A DNA stretch of 64,000 bases from Candidatus Eiseniibacteriota bacterium (GCA_963717935.1 CAVQXP010000004.1:320001-384000); one strand, 5' to 3'; shown: positions 19,010 through 28,705, counted from the first letter of the stretch. Notes: generated by a model not told the origin, from the letters alone. Made by a program: numbers and translations.

Positions 19010-20626
19010 TCAGATCCGCGCGAGGAACACGAAGGTCATCAGCGCCACGGCCAGCACCATGAGGAGCGCGATGACCGCGGTCGCGCGGATGACCTGGCTC
19101 TCCATGCCGATCTTGTCGATCACCGCCGCGGCGTTCTGCAGTTTGGCCGGGCTGATGACCGAGGCGAGTCCGCCTCCGATGCCGCTCACCGCCGCGACCA
19201 GCAGGCTGATGCGGAGCAGGCGATCCGGGCTCTCCGTGGCGAAGACCTGCGCGATGGTGTCGAAGTGCAGCTTGGAGAGCATGGCGATGCTGCTGGTCTC
19301 GCTCCCGCTGATGAAACCGCCCAGCAACCCGAGGAACGCCGCCACCCCGGCGTAGGCCTGGTGGAAGACGCCCGCGCTGGCATCGGCCACCACCTTCACC
19401 ATGTTGAGGCCCCCGGCGGGATCCATGGCCCAGCCGGGCTTGCCCGCGACCACGGCCGGCGCCTTGCCGCTGTGGTTGAGCACGAAGGCGATGGCGAAGT
19501 AGATCGCCGCCGCGAACGCGGGACGCGGCGCGCGGCGCAGGGTCTTGCGGCCCGCCGCCGCGAGCCGCGCGGCCGCCATGCGGTAGAACGGGATCGCGAC
19601 CACGGTGGCGATCAGCACCCAGGTGTAGGCCTGCCACAGCATGCGCAGCCGCTCGGGCCTGCCCGGCACGATCTCGAGCGGCATCGCCAGCCGCTTGAAG
19701 AGCACGTCGTAGAGCCCGAAGCGGCCGTAGTTGGTGAGCGCGCTGAAGGCCACGAGCAGCAGCCAGGGCAGCACCGCGAGGGCGAGCCCCATCCCCTGCT
19801 CGGTGCGACGGTCGTCCTCGGTGAGCGCGGAGCGATCGAGCACCCGGCGACCGCTGAGCCGCACGTAGACGAGCATCACCAGCACCACGCCGATCCCGGC
19901 CACGACGCCGGTCAGGGTGGGCAGGCCCGCCACGTTCATGCCGATGGCGATGAGACCCGCGGTGAGCCCGGTGATCAGCGCGGCGGGCCAGCCGCGTCTG
20001 ACCTCCTTCCAGCCACCCACCAGCCACAGCATCGAGAGCGCGATCAGCGAGGTCACGACCGGCATGTACTGCGCGAAGTAGAGCCCCACCTCGGCCGGTG
20101 TGAATTCGCGGCCGGTGATGCCCTTGGCCACGTCGGCGAACACCACGACCGGCACGCCCAGCAGCGCGTAGGTGCACAGGGCGTCGTAGCCGATGGCGGG
20201 CAGCGCGATGGCGACGAAGGCGCTGTAGCCGAGCGACAGCATGATGGGCGGCAGGATCGAGACCGGCGTGGCCCCGAGCGCCGCCAGCATCGTGCCTGCG
20301 CCGACGTTGATGAGCATCACCTGCGCCGCGCGGCTCTCGCGCGCCAGCGTCTTCATGAAGACCACGAGCCGCCGGATGGCGCCCGCCTCCTCCATGACGT
20401 TGATCTGGAAGATGGAGGTCGCCACCATCAGGCTGATGGGAAAGCTCGCCACCACCCCGGCCACCGAACCGATCAGGATCACCTGCCACGACGTGTGGAA
20501 GTAGAGCGCGGCGATCACCGCCGTATAGAGCCAGCCGAGGAGCCCGGCCATGTCGGCCGTGCGGCGGCCCCAGGTCATGAGCAGGAAGATGAGGATCAGA
20601 GGTGAGACGGCGAGGAAGACGCTCAT
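19010..20626 (-). CDS. lctP: L-lactate permease (LctP family)
   Basis: Many TM helices; GFISGSETSS and ASVISPAKLQNAAA LctP-like motifs. Confidence 0.8.
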   Translation of the reverse strand: MSVFLAVSPLILIFLLMTWGRRTADMAGLLGWLYTAVIAALYFHTSWQVILIGSVAGVVASFPISLMVATSIFQINVMEEAGAIRRLVVFMKTLARESRAAQVMLINVGAGTMLAALGATPVSILPPIMLSLGYSAFVAIALPAIGYDALCTYALLGVPVVVFADVAKGITGREFTPAEVGLYFAQYMPVVTSLIALSMLWLVGGWKEVRRGWPAALITGLTAGLIAIGMNVAGLPTLTGVVAGIGVVLVMLVYVRLSGRRVLDRSALTEDDRRTEQGMGLALAVLPWLLLVAFSALTNYGRFGLYDVLFKRLAMPLEIVPGRPERLRMLWQAYTWVLIATVVAIPFYRMAAARLAAAGRKTLRRAPRPAFAAAIYFAIAFVLNHSGKAPAVVAGKPGWAMDPAGGLNMVKVVADASAGVFHQAYAGVAAFLGLLGGFISGSETSSIAMLSKLHFDTIAQVFATESPDRLLRISLLVAAVSGIGGGLASVISPAKLQNAAAVIDKIGMESQVIRATAVIALLMVLAVALMTFVFLARI

Positions 20627-20710
20627 TGGGATTGTCTCCGGAGATGGTTCCCAGCGGCCTGGCGTCGGAACGCGCGCAGTCTAGGCGGGGCGGAGCGCGG
20701 GAGCAAAAGG

Positions 20711-20862
20711 CGGGCAGCGAGAGGGGGAGAGGCGCTCCGGGCGAGCGTTCGGGCGCGCCATTCCCGGCGCTCCCTCGCTCCTCCGCGCTGATCCGGCTCC
20801 GACCTCCCTGTCTCCGCCGGGCGCGGGCGTCGCCCTCCGGCTTCTCCCCTTCACGCTGCCCG
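20711..20862. repeat. Palindromic repeat element, copy B
   Basis: About 105-bp core homologous to 18824-18928, in the same orientation. Terminal arms CGGGCAGCG.../...CGCTGCCCG differ from copy A but still pair. Confidence 0.85.
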
Positions 20863-20871
20863 TTCGTGCCG

Positions 20872-21519
20872 CTAGTTGTGCTCGCCCGGCTCCGCCGGCC
20901 CGCCAGGGCGCAGGTGACGCGCGGCCAGCTCGCAGGCGCGGTGTCCGCGCTCGACGATGCTGTCGAGGGCCAGCAGGCCGAGCCGCTCCTCGACTTCGAG
21001 CGGGGCGGCCATGCACACGCCGTTCACGAGCGAGACGAATGGCAGATCGTCACCCCACCCTCCTCCCTCGGCCTGGCGCTCCGGCCGCCCGGCGAGCCGT
21101 CGGTACAGGTCGAGCAGGACGCGGCGCTCGCTCATCACCACCGGGTCATCCTCGGTGCACGGCGCCTCGGGCAGCAACTCGACGCGCACGGCGCGGTAGG
21201 GATACTCGCGCACCGGCGTGCCGAGCCGCACGCGGGAGAGGCCGAGGAGCTTGAGGTCGTAGCAGCCGTCCGGGAGCCACTCGACCGCTTCGAAGCGCGC
21301 GAGGCAGCCCAGGTCGTGGAACGCGGGGCTGCCGTGGTACTCGCACTCCCAGCCGGGCTTGAGCAGCGCCAGCGCGACCAGGCGCTCTCCCGAGAGGGCG
21401 TCACGCACCATGGTGCGGTAGCGCAGCTCGAAGACATGCAACGGGACGACCGCGTGCGGGAAGAGCACGACGTTCGGCAGGGGGAACACCGGCACGGGCT
21501 GCCTGGGTTCCATCTCCAC
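20872..21519 (-). CDS. Stand-alone Lon protease N-terminal substrate-binding domain protein
   Basis: PVFPLPNVVLFP..PLHVFELRYRTMV and LPDG.Y..L.GL.R motifs; no AAA or protease domain. Confidence 0.88.
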   Translation of the reverse strand: MEMEPRQPVPVFPLPNVVLFPHAVVPLHVFELRYRTMVRDALSGERLVALALLKPGWECEYHGSPAFHDLGCLARFEAVEWLPDGCYDLKLLGLSRVRLGTPVREYPYRAVRVELLPEAPCTEDDPVVMSERRVLLDLYRRLAGRPERQAEGGGWGDDLPFVSLVNGVCMAAPLEVEERLGLLALDSIVERGHRACELAARHLRPGGPAEPGEHN

Positions 21520-21549
21520 GTCCGGCCTCCGCGATCGACCGCGAACGTC

Positions 21550-22029
21550 TCAGTCCCCGGCGACGAACTCCAGCACGTCCTGGATGTGGCCGTCCACCTT
21601 CACCTTGGGCCAGATCTGCGCGACTCGGCCGGTCTTGTCGATCACGAAGGTGGTGCGCTCGATGCCCAGATGCTTCTTGCCGTACAGGTTCTTCTGCTTG
21701 TAGACCCCGAACAGCTTCGACACCGCCGCGTCCTCGTCCGAGAGCAGCGGGAACGGGAGCTTCTGCTTCTCCTTGAAGTGCTGGTGCGACTCCAGGCTGT
21801 CGGTCGAGACCCCGAGGACGACCACCTTCGCCGCCTCGAACTCGGCGGCGTGGTCGCGGAAGTCGCAGGCTTCGCGCGTGCAGCCGGGCGTCTCGTCCTT
21901 CGGGTAGAAGTAGAGCACGACCGTCTTCTTCCCCTTGAACTGCTTGAGCGAGATGTTCTCGCCCGTGGTCGAGGGAAGACTGAGGTCCGGCGCCGGCCGG
22001 CCGATGACGGGTAGCACGTTGCTCACCAT
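21550..22029 (-). CDS. bcp: Peroxiredoxin Bcp/PrxQ
   Basis: YFYPKDETPGCTREAC, GVS.D and RTTFVID motifs. Confidence 0.95.
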   Translation of the reverse strand: MVSNVLPVIGRPAPDLSLPSTTGENISLKQFKGKKTVVLYFYPKDETPGCTREACDFRDHAAEFEAAKVVVLGVSTDSLESHQHFKEKQKLPFPLLSDEDAAVSKLFGVYKQKNLYGKKHLGIERTTFVIDKTGRVAQIWPKVKVDGHIQDVLEFVAGD

Positions 22030-22122
22030 GCGTCCTCCAGAGAGCGGCGCCGGGCCCGTCCCGCCACCGGCGGGGACTCCGGGCCCGGACCGTGGGACGG
22101 CTCACCGTCCCAGCAGGATGTC

Positions 22123-22737
22123 CTACTTCACGGCCGCGGACATGGCGAGCGCGCGTTCCAGGTTCTGCGCCACCACGTTCCAGTCCAGGTTGTTGAAGAA
22201 AGCCTCGATGTACTTGGCGCGTGCGCGACCGTAGTCGATCATGTACGCGTGTTCGTAGACGTCCATCGCGAGGATCGGCGTGGCGTTCCAGTACGGGAAC
22301 GAGTTCTGCGCGTCGCCCACCGCGGTGGTCAGCATCTTCCAGTCGTGGTCGTACGCCAGCCAAGCCCAGCCCCGCGCCGCGAGCCCGCTGGCCTTGAAGT
22401 CCGCCAGCCACGCGTCGTACGAGGGGAAGTCGCGCCCGATCATCTCGAGCAGCCTGCCGCCCGGCTTCCCGCCGTTGCCGCCGAGGTGTCCGAAATAGAC
22501 CTCGTGGTTCTTCACGCCACCCACCGCGAACGAGTAGTCCACGCGCAGGGAGCGCAGGTCGCTGAAGATCTGGTTGGCGGTGCCACGGTCCACGGCGTCG
22601 AGCTTCTTCTGGATCTCGTTCACCTTGGGGACGTAGCCCTTGTAGATCTCGTAGTGCTCTTCCATCGTGCGCGCCGAGATCCCGTTCAGCTCACGGATGC
22701 ACGAGAACTTCTTCGCTTCGATATCCTTCCACGCCAT
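22123..22737 (-). CDS. Fe/Mn superoxide dismutase family protein
   Basis: Metal-ligand motifs EHY, NHEVYF and DVYEHAY; AAGGAGG RBS. Confidence 0.88.
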   Translation of the reverse strand: MAWKDIEAKKFSCIRELNGISARTMEEHYEIYKGYVPKVNEIQKKLDAVDRGTANQIFSDLRSLRVDYSFAVGGVKNHEVYFGHLGGNGGKPGGRLLEMIGRDFPSYDAWLADFKASGLAARGWAWLAYDHDWKMLTTAVGDAQNSFPYWNATPILAMDVYEHAYMIDYGRARAKYIEAFFNNLDWNVVAQNLERALAMSAAVK

Positions 22738-22849
22738 GACGGTCCTCCTTCTGGTGGAACGAGGAGCGGTTGCCGGCGGGCACCCCGCGCCGCAGACCGG
22801 ACGGGGTCGCGGACCCTCCGAGGGAATCGAGGATGACGAAGCGGAATCG

Positions 22850-22879
22850 AAGGTAGTCCCCGCTCCGGCGCAGTGTCAA
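22850..22879 (-). promoter_or_regulatory. Sigma70-type promoter for the sod-bcp-LonN run
   Basis: Minus strand reads TTGACA-N18-TACCTT. Confidence 0.5.
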
Positions 22880-23009
22880 CCGCTCCGGCCACACCGTTCG
22901 ATGCATTCCGGGCTCGGCCGATGCGGGGTGGATCGAGGTCGGCCCCGGCGTTCCGGCCCGGCGGCGTCCTCTGCTAGCATCCCCGCCGTCACCCTCGAAA
23001 GGAGCGCCC

Positions 23010-23582
23010 GTGAGCTGGACCCGAACCATCACGCCGCAAGCCGCGGACGGCCCCGTCCGCAGCGTCCTCGAGCGCATCGCCAGCCTCCACCCCTCCCGGC
23101 GCGTGGGCCACCTCTGGCAGGCCTGCGCACCCGATCCGGTCGCGCTCGACGCGCTCTTCACCCTGGTGCGCACCCTCATGGACGAGCCCGCGCCGCTCAG
23201 TCACGCCCAGGCCGAGGCGATCGTGGTCGTGGTCTCGGCGACCAACGGTTGCGGCTACTGCATCGCTCACCACGGCCCCCGGCTCGCGGCCGCGCTCGGG
23301 GATGAGCCGCTGGCCCGCGCCGTGGCGCGCGACTACCACGAAGCGGACCTGCCCGCGCGCGACCGCGTGCTGCTCGACCACGCGGTCGCGCTCACCTGCG
23401 AGCCCGCGGAGCGCACCGAGCAGGACATCGAGCGGCTCCGCGAATACGGCTTCGACGATCTCGCCATCCTGAAGGCCACGGAGATCACCGCGCTCTTCAA
23501 CCTGGTGAACCGGCTGATCGGCGGCCTGGGCGTCAACCTCGAGGACGGCGTCGCCGAGTGGGAGTCCGGCGCGCAGCGGTAG
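23010..23582 (+). CDS. AhpD/carboxymuconolactone decarboxylase-family peroxidase-related enzyme
   Basis: VSATNGCGYCIAHH, FNLVNR; AAAGGAG RBS before GTG. Confidence 0.85.
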   Translation: MSWTRTITPQAADGPVRSVLERIASLHPSRRVGHLWQACAPDPVALDALFTLVRTLMDEPAPLSHAQAEAIVVVVSATNGCGYCIAHHGPRLAAALGDEPLARAVARDYHEADLPARDRVLLDHAVALTCEPAERTEQDIERLREYGFDDLAILKATEITALFNLVNRLIGGLGVNLEDGVAEWESGAQR

Positions 23583-23598
23583 CCGCGGGCCCCGGCGT

Positions 23599-24858
23599 CT
23601 ACCGCCGCTCCATCGCCTCGCGATAGATCGCGGTCAGTCCCCCGACGTGCAGCGCGGGCGCGCCCGCCTCGAGCACCCGCGCCCGCCCCGCCTCGCCCCA
23701 GCGCGCAGCCCGGGGGTCTTCGAGGGCGCGCGCGACCGCCTCGGCGAGCGCGTGCGCATCGCCGGGCGGCGCGAGCAGGCCCGTCACCTCGTGCTCCACC
23801 AGTTCAGGGATGGCTCCGATGCGAGCGGCGACCACGGGCCGCGCGTCCAGCAGCGCCTCGGCCGCGGCATAGCAGAAGTGTTCGTAGAAGAGCGAGGGCA
23901 CGACCACCACCGCGGCGTTCGCGCGCAACGAGGCCAGCTCGGCGTCGGCGCGGTAGCCGGGCAGGCGCAGGTTCGGGAGCGACGTGACCTGCTGGTCGAG
24001 CCAGGCACGCAGCGGCCCCTCCCCCACGACGACGAGTGGCACGGGTGCGATGCGCATCGCCAGCGCCGGGAGCAGGCGCACGCCCTTCTCGACCGAGAGC
24101 CGCCCGGCGAAGAGGACATAACGTCCATCGGGGAGCGCGGGATGGCCCACCGCATCCGCCGCCGGCGACGTGCCCGCGACGCCCGCCGCGACATCCGCGC
24201 AGTCGACACCGTGCCGGAGCAACCGCAGCCGGGCGCGGTCCACGCCGAACTCGCCCGCCTTCTCGAGGACGAAGCGCGAGGGCGCGATCCAGAGGCGCAC
24301 GGCGCGGTAGGCGCCTGCCAGGTCGTGCGCGTAAGCCTCGACCATGCCCACCGCGCTCTTCAGCCGCGAGTCCTGCACGCAACCGGTCGCGAGTGAGCGC
24401 CAGTGGCGGCCACCGCGGCAGCGTTCGCAGGGTGCGCCGTGCGCGAACAGGATGCGATTCGTGCACCAGGGCTTGAAGTCGTGCAGCGTCATCACGGCCG
24501 GCACACCCGCGCGCTCGAGCGGCCGCAGAATGGACGGCGTGAGGTAGCGACTCGGCGCGTGCAGGTGCGCGATCTCCGGCCCGAACTCGCGCACCACCGC
24601 CTCGGCGGAACGAGCCGCGGGTCCGGACCAGACGGCGCGTGGCAGCTGCGCGAGCTGCCGCAGCGCGGATGCGCCCTCGCCGAAGTCCGCCGCAGGGGCG
24701 AAGTGCGCAGCCGTCGGGCTCGGCAGGTTGCGAGGATCGCGGATCGCGAGGTGTGCGATCTCGTGGCCGGCCGCCGCGAGCCAGCGTGACTCGTCGAGGT
24801 AGGTGCGCTCGACGCCGCCGCGCAGATAGTGGAAGGCGTTGACGAGCAGGATGCGCAC
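23599..24858 (-). CDS. Glycosyltransferase family 4
   Basis: GTG start RILLVNAFHYLRGGVE; TLHDF..C, CERC, GRLSVEKG, E.F...AEAL and GAIPE motifs. Confidence 0.9.
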   Translation of the reverse strand: MRILLVNAFHYLRGGVERTYLDESRWLAAAGHEIAHLAIRDPRNLPSPTAAHFAPAADFGEGASALRQLAQLPRAVWSGPAARSAEAVVREFGPEIAHLHAPSRYLTPSILRPLERAGVPAVMTLHDFKPWCTNRILFAHGAPCERCRGGRHWRSLATGCVQDSRLKSAVGMVEAYAHDLAGAYRAVRLWIAPSRFVLEKAGEFGVDRARLRLLRHGVDCADVAAGVAGTSPAADAVGHPALPDGRYVLFAGRLSVEKGVRLLPALAMRIAPVPLVVVGEGPLRAWLDQQVTSLPNLRLPGYRADAELASLRANAAVVVVPSLFYEHFCYAAAEALLDARPVVAARIGAIPELVEHEVTGLLAPPGDAHALAEAVARALEDPRAARWGEAGRARVLEAGAPALHVGGLTAIYREAMERR

Positions 24859-24872
24859 GGGCGCCTCGTCGC

Positions 24873-26141
24873 TCAGCGGGGCCGGGGCCGCGGACCGCGG
24901 CCACCACCGGGCTTCGGACCCGGCCGTGAGTTGGGTCGCGCGCCGGGCTTGCCACGCGACTGCGGACGGGAGGTGGGTCGCGCGTTCGGACGTGGACCGC
25001 CGGGTCGTGCGCCCGGACGCGGGCTGCCGGGTCGTGCGCCCGGACGCGGGCCGCCGGGTCGTGCGTTCGGGCGCGGACCGCCGGGTCGTGCGTTCGGACG
25101 CGGACCGCCGGGTCGTGCGTTCGGACGCGGACCGCCGGGTCGTGCGCTCGGACGCGGACCGCCCGGCCGGGTGTCCGGGCGCGGGCCGCCGGGTCGCGCG
25201 CCCGGACGCGGGCCACCCGGCCGAGTGTCCGGGCGAGACCCACGCCGCTCGACCGGGTGCGGGAACAACCTGCGCTCGAACTGCACGGGCACGTGCAGCC
25301 TCCGGTCGCGCTTCGGTTCGGGCGAAGACGCGGGCTCCGCCTTCGCCGGCAGGGACGCGGGCTCGCCCGCCAGGAACTCGACCAGCGCCGCCCCCACGCC
25401 TGGCCCGGGCTCGTAGCACAGCAACGTGCCCGCGAGATCCTCGCCAAGCAACCCGCGCAGCACCTCGAGGTGCATGAGGTTCGCCTCGGGCTGCGCCTTC
25501 GTGTGCGGACGCGTCTCGAGTCGTGCCAGTTCGTCCCACGTCCCCGACTTGAGGATCTCGAGCACGCGTCCATCGAACGACTGCGCCTCCGGAATCTCCC
25601 GTTTCAGGTTCCAGGCGTGGACGTTGTGCGAGAGCATCCCGCCCACCACGAACGCCACGCGCCCGGGCCAGGCGTCGAGCGCGCGCCGGAGCGAGGCCCC
25701 CCAGGCCCGGTGCGCCGCGGCCGTGCCGCGCGCCAGCGATACCGGCACGACCGGGTACAGGCGCCGGGACGCGAGGAAATGCAGGGGCACCGTCACGCCA
25801 CTGTCCACACCCCGCGTGGTGGTGGCGGCACGCACGCCGGCGGCGCGCGCCGCCTCGACGATGGCTCGCGCCAGAGTGGGTGCGCCGTGGCAGTCGTAGC
25901 GCACCTCGACGCCGAAGCCATGGTAATCGGTGAGCGTCGAGTGCCGCCGGCCCACGTCGGCCAGGAATGGCCCCGGCGCCTCCCAGCGCGCGGTGAGCGC
26001 GACGATCGCGGTGGGCCGCTCGGCCTCGAGCTGGCGCGCGGCAGCGGCGTAGGCCTCGAGCATCTCGGTGCGGTGGCCACGGTGCTGGTCCATGAGCAGC
26101 GTGGAGATGCTCGGGGCGAGCAGGACGCGCGCGGTCAGCAT
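24873..26141 (-). CDS. LigB/DODA-like extradiol dioxygenase-fold protein (ligands degenerate) with an Arg/Pro/Gly-repeat tail
   Basis: DY.GF...Y...GAP.LA, RGVDSG..VPL, PVVPVS and GG.LSHN motifs. Confidence 0.7.
   Translation of the reverse strand: MLTARVLLAPSISTLLMDQHRGHRTEMLEAYAAAARQLEAERPTAIVALTARWEAPGPFLADVGRRHSTLTDYHGFGVEVRYDCHGAPTLARAIVEAARAAGVRAATTTRGVDSGVTVPLHFLASRRLYPVVPVSLARGTAAAHRAWGASLRRALDAWPGRVAFVVGGMLSHNVHAWNLKREIPEAQSFDGRVLEILKSGTWDELARLETRPHTKAQPEANLMHLEVLRGLLGEDLAGTLLCYEPGPGVGAALVEFLAGEPASLPAKAEPASSPEPKRDRRLHVPVQFERRLFPHPVERRGSRPDTRPGGPRPGARPGGPRPDTRPGGPRPSARPGGPRPNARPGGPRPNARPGGPRPNARPGGPRPGARPGSPRPGARPGGPRPNARPTSRPQSRGKPGARPNSRPGPKPGGGRGPRPRPR
24963..25230. repeat. 27-bp tandem repeat (about 9-10 units) encoding RPGGPRP[N/G/D/S][A/T]
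   Basis: Repeating CGGACCGCCGGGTCGTGCGTTCGGACG-like units inside the 24873-26141 CDS. Confidence 0.9.
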
Positions 26142-26168
26142 GACGGTCGGGATCCTCTCACGGAGGGC

Positions 26169-27194
26169 TCAAGGACGTCGCACGCCGGGCTCGCCCGTCG
26201 CACGATCGGCGGCGCGTTCGTTGCCAGCGCCCACTTCGAGACCCTTCTCCCGGGCCGCCGAGAGCAGTTCCCCCGGCAGCGGGAACATCACGCGCTCCTC
26301 GATCAGCAGGAACGGCTCGACGCGGAAACCGCCCAGCTCCTGCAGCCGCGTCACACAGGACTGCACGATGCTCTCGGGCGTCGAGGCGCCGGCGGTCACG
26401 CCCACGTCCGCACCCGGTTCGAGCCACTCAAGCCGGATGTCCTCGGCCGATTCGATCAGGTGCGCGCGAACGCCGAGATTCTGCGCCACTTCGACCAGCC
26501 GGTTCGCATTGCTGCTGGTCGGCGCCCCCACGACCAGTACCGCGCGGCAGCGGCGAGCCAGCTCCTTCACCGCGTTCTGACGGTTCTGCGTCGCGTAGCA
26601 GATGTCGTCCTTCGCGGGCCCGCGGATCCCCGGGAAGCGGCGCCTGAGCGTCTCGACGATGGCGCGACAGTCATCCATCGAGAGCGTGGTCTGCGTGATG
26701 TAGGCGGCCTTCTCCGGGTCGGGCAGCGCCAGCGCCTCGGCCTCGGCCACGCTCTCGACGATCACGATGGACCCGGGCGCCTCGCTCCGCACGCCCTGCA
26801 CCTCGACGTGGTCCCGGTGCCCGACGAGCACGATGGTGAAGCCCTGCTTCGCGTGCCGCAGCGCCTCGAGGTGCACCTTGGTCACGAGCGGACAGGTCGC
26901 GTCGAGCGCCCTCAAGCCCCGTTCGGCCGCTTCCGCGCGCACCGCGGGCGAGACCCCGTGGGCCGAGAAGATCACCACCGCGCCCCGCGGCACGTCGGAA
27001 AGGTCGTCGGTGAAGACCGCCCCCTTCAGGCGCAGGTCCTCGACCACGTACCGGTTGTGGACGATCTCGTGCCGCACGTAGACGGGCGGCCCGTAGACCT
27101 GCAGGGCCATCTCGACCACGTCGATGGCGCGGTCCACCCCCGCGCAGAATCCGCGCGGGCCGGCGAGATGGAGGACAGGCTGGGTGTGGGGCAT
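26169..27194 (-). CDS. ispH: 4-hydroxy-3-methylbut-2-enyl diphosphate reductase
   Basis: PRGFCAGV, HEIVHN, SAHG, DATCPLV, H.E, ICYATQNRQ, SSN and GASTP motifs. Confidence 0.97.
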   Translation of the reverse strand: MPHTQPVLHLAGPRGFCAGVDRAIDVVEMALQVYGPPVYVRHEIVHNRYVVEDLRLKGAVFTDDLSDVPRGAVVIFSAHGVSPAVRAEAAERGLRALDATCPLVTKVHLEALRHAKQGFTIVLVGHRDHVEVQGVRSEAPGSIVIVESVAEAEALALPDPEKAAYITQTTLSMDDCRAIVETLRRRFPGIRGPAKDDICYATQNRQNAVKELARRCRAVLVVGAPTSSNANRLVEVAQNLGVRAHLIESAEDIRLEWLEPGADVGVTAGASTPESIVQSCVTRLQELGGFRVEPFLLIEERVMFPLPGELLSAAREKGLEVGAGNERAADRATGEPGVRRP

Positions 27195-27316
27195 GGACGG
27201 CAGACCTCGGAGTAGGATCGGAGAAGCGCGGCCCGTGGACTCTACCCGACCCCGTACGGAGGACAAAGCCAGCCCGGCACCGGCGCTGAGTGGACGCTGA
27301 GGTAGCAGGCGCCGGC

Positions 27317-27363
27317 GGTGGCGGTGGGCGAGCGCCTGGTGCCTCTGCTCGCCCACCGCCACC
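27317..27363. terminator. Strong hairpin between the TPR gene and ispH
   Basis: Perfect 17-bp inverted repeat GGTGGCGGTGGGCGAGC / GCTCGCCCACCGCCACC; no U-tract. Confidence 0.45.
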
Positions 27364-27391
27364 CCCGGCTTCCGCGACGACCCGTCCCCGT

Positions 27392-28705
27392 CTACTTCGT
27401 GCCGGCCCGGATCGGCAGGGACAGCGAGTCGACGCACCCGGGCGGCACCGCCATCACCGGCCGCGTTCGCTGCGAATCGGGCCGGGCCGGCACCGCGCGA
27501 ATCTGCGGCTGCACCCGAGGGCGACGTGCATCCCTCTTCGCCTGAGCCACGCTGTCCGCCACGAACAATGCGCGCAGCGAATCGGGCGCTTCCGCGACGA
27601 GCGTGCCGAGGAGCCGGCGGGCGCGCTCCCGGCCCTCGCGGTCGCGGGCCAGGGACTCGGCGCGGTGCAGTTCCAGCGCCGCCTCGCGCGACCGCCCCTG
27701 TGCTTCGAGCGCCATGCCCAGGAGGAGCCGCGCCTCGCCCGAGCCGCGGTTGTGGCGCACGCCGTCGCGCGCCACCTCCAGCGCGATGTCCTGGCGACCC
27801 AGCGATTCGTAGAGCGCGGTCGTCGCGAACCGCACGTCCAGGTCCGCGGGGTCGAGCGCCAGCAACCGGCGGTAGGCCGCACCCGCCTCCTGGAAGCGCT
27901 TCAGGTCCATCAGCACCTGCGCCTCGCCCTTCACGGCCACCGCCAGGCCGGAGTCCCGCTTCGCGGCCTCACGAAAGCCCGCGAGTGCCTGCACGAGGTC
28001 ACCCTTCGCGCGATCGAGATTGGCGAGGTTCACCCATGCGCCGGTCTCCTTCCCGTCGAGCGCGATGGCGCGCCGGTATTCGGCCCGGGCCTCGCGTTCG
28101 CGCCCGGTGGCGGCAAGCACGTAGCCCAGGTCGCGGTGCTCGAGCGCGTCCCGGGGCGGCAGGGCGATGGCGCGGCGCAGCGCCGTCTCGGCGTCGCGCG
28201 GACGGCCGGCCCGCATGTACGCGTAGCCGAGAGCGCGCCAGTTCGCGCCGTCGCCGGGGAGCCGCCTGGTCAGCAGTTCGAGCTGCGCGATGGCGCGCGG
28301 GTGCTCGTTCAACTGCACCAGGCCCAGTCCCAGCTCGCGGGCCGCCTGCACGTCGCCGGGATGGTGCTCGACCTCGGCCGCGAAGGCCCTGACCGCCTCC
28401 TGGATCTCCCCGACACGCTGGAACAGCAGCCCCATGCGGTAGTTCGGGCCGGCCAGCGCCGGGTCGAGCTCGGCGGCGACCCGGTACGCGGTGATGGCCG
28501 CGGCGAGCGCGTTGACACGCTCCAGACCGAGGCCCTCTTCGTACCGTTGCCGGGCCAGGGTCTCACGGCTCCGACGCGCCGTGTCGGGAAGACTCGTCCG
28601 GCCCGGCACCAGCAGCGGCGCGGGCGGCGATTCGCGCACCGTGTCGGCCGGCGATGGGCCGGCGAGCGCGGCGATGACGACGAGGAACTGCAGGGCTGCG
28701 TTCAG
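27392..28705 (-). CDS. Secreted multi-TPR protein (probable CTG start)
   Basis: About 9 TPR-like repeats. AGGAG lies 7 nt before an in-frame CTG that opens a signal peptide (MNAALQFLVVIAALAG). Confidence 0.8.
   Translation of the reverse strand: MNAALQFLVVIAALAGPSPADTVRESPPAPLLVPGRTSLPDTARRSRETLARQRYEEGLGLERVNALAAAITAYRVAAELDPALAGPNYRMGLLFQRVGEIQEAVRAFAAEVEHHPGDVQAARELGLGLVQLNEHPRAIAQLELLTRRLPGDGANWRALGYAYMRAGRPRDAETALRRAIALPPRDALEHRDLGYVLAATGREREARAEYRRAIALDGKETGAWVNLANLDRAKGDLVQALAGFREAAKRDSGLAVAVKGEAQVLMDLKRFQEAGAAYRRLLALDPADLDVRFATTALYESLGRQDIALEVARDGVRHNRGSGEARLLLGMALEAQGRSREAALELHRAESLARDREGRERARRLLGTLVAEAPDSLRALFVADSVAQAKRDARRPRVQPQIRAVPARPDSQRTRPVMAVPPGCVDSLSLPIRAGTK

Noticed and set aside
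17600..20605. 1001-aa + strand ORF and the many other long overlapping ORFs (e.g. 49101-51932, 58926-62225, 7836-10154)
   Set aside because: Shadow or antisense frames of real genes in high-GC DNA; Arg/Gly/Ala-rich with no recognisable motifs.
22745..22845. SAM-I riboswitch in the sod leader (GGAGGG...CGGCAACC on the minus strand)
   Set aside because: No P1 ATC-AGAG/GAT pairing or downstream GGTGC-AA element, and the gene context is unlikely.
24963..25230. Possible CRISPR array
   Set aside because: Contiguous 27-bp in-frame coding repeats with no unique spacers and no cas genes.
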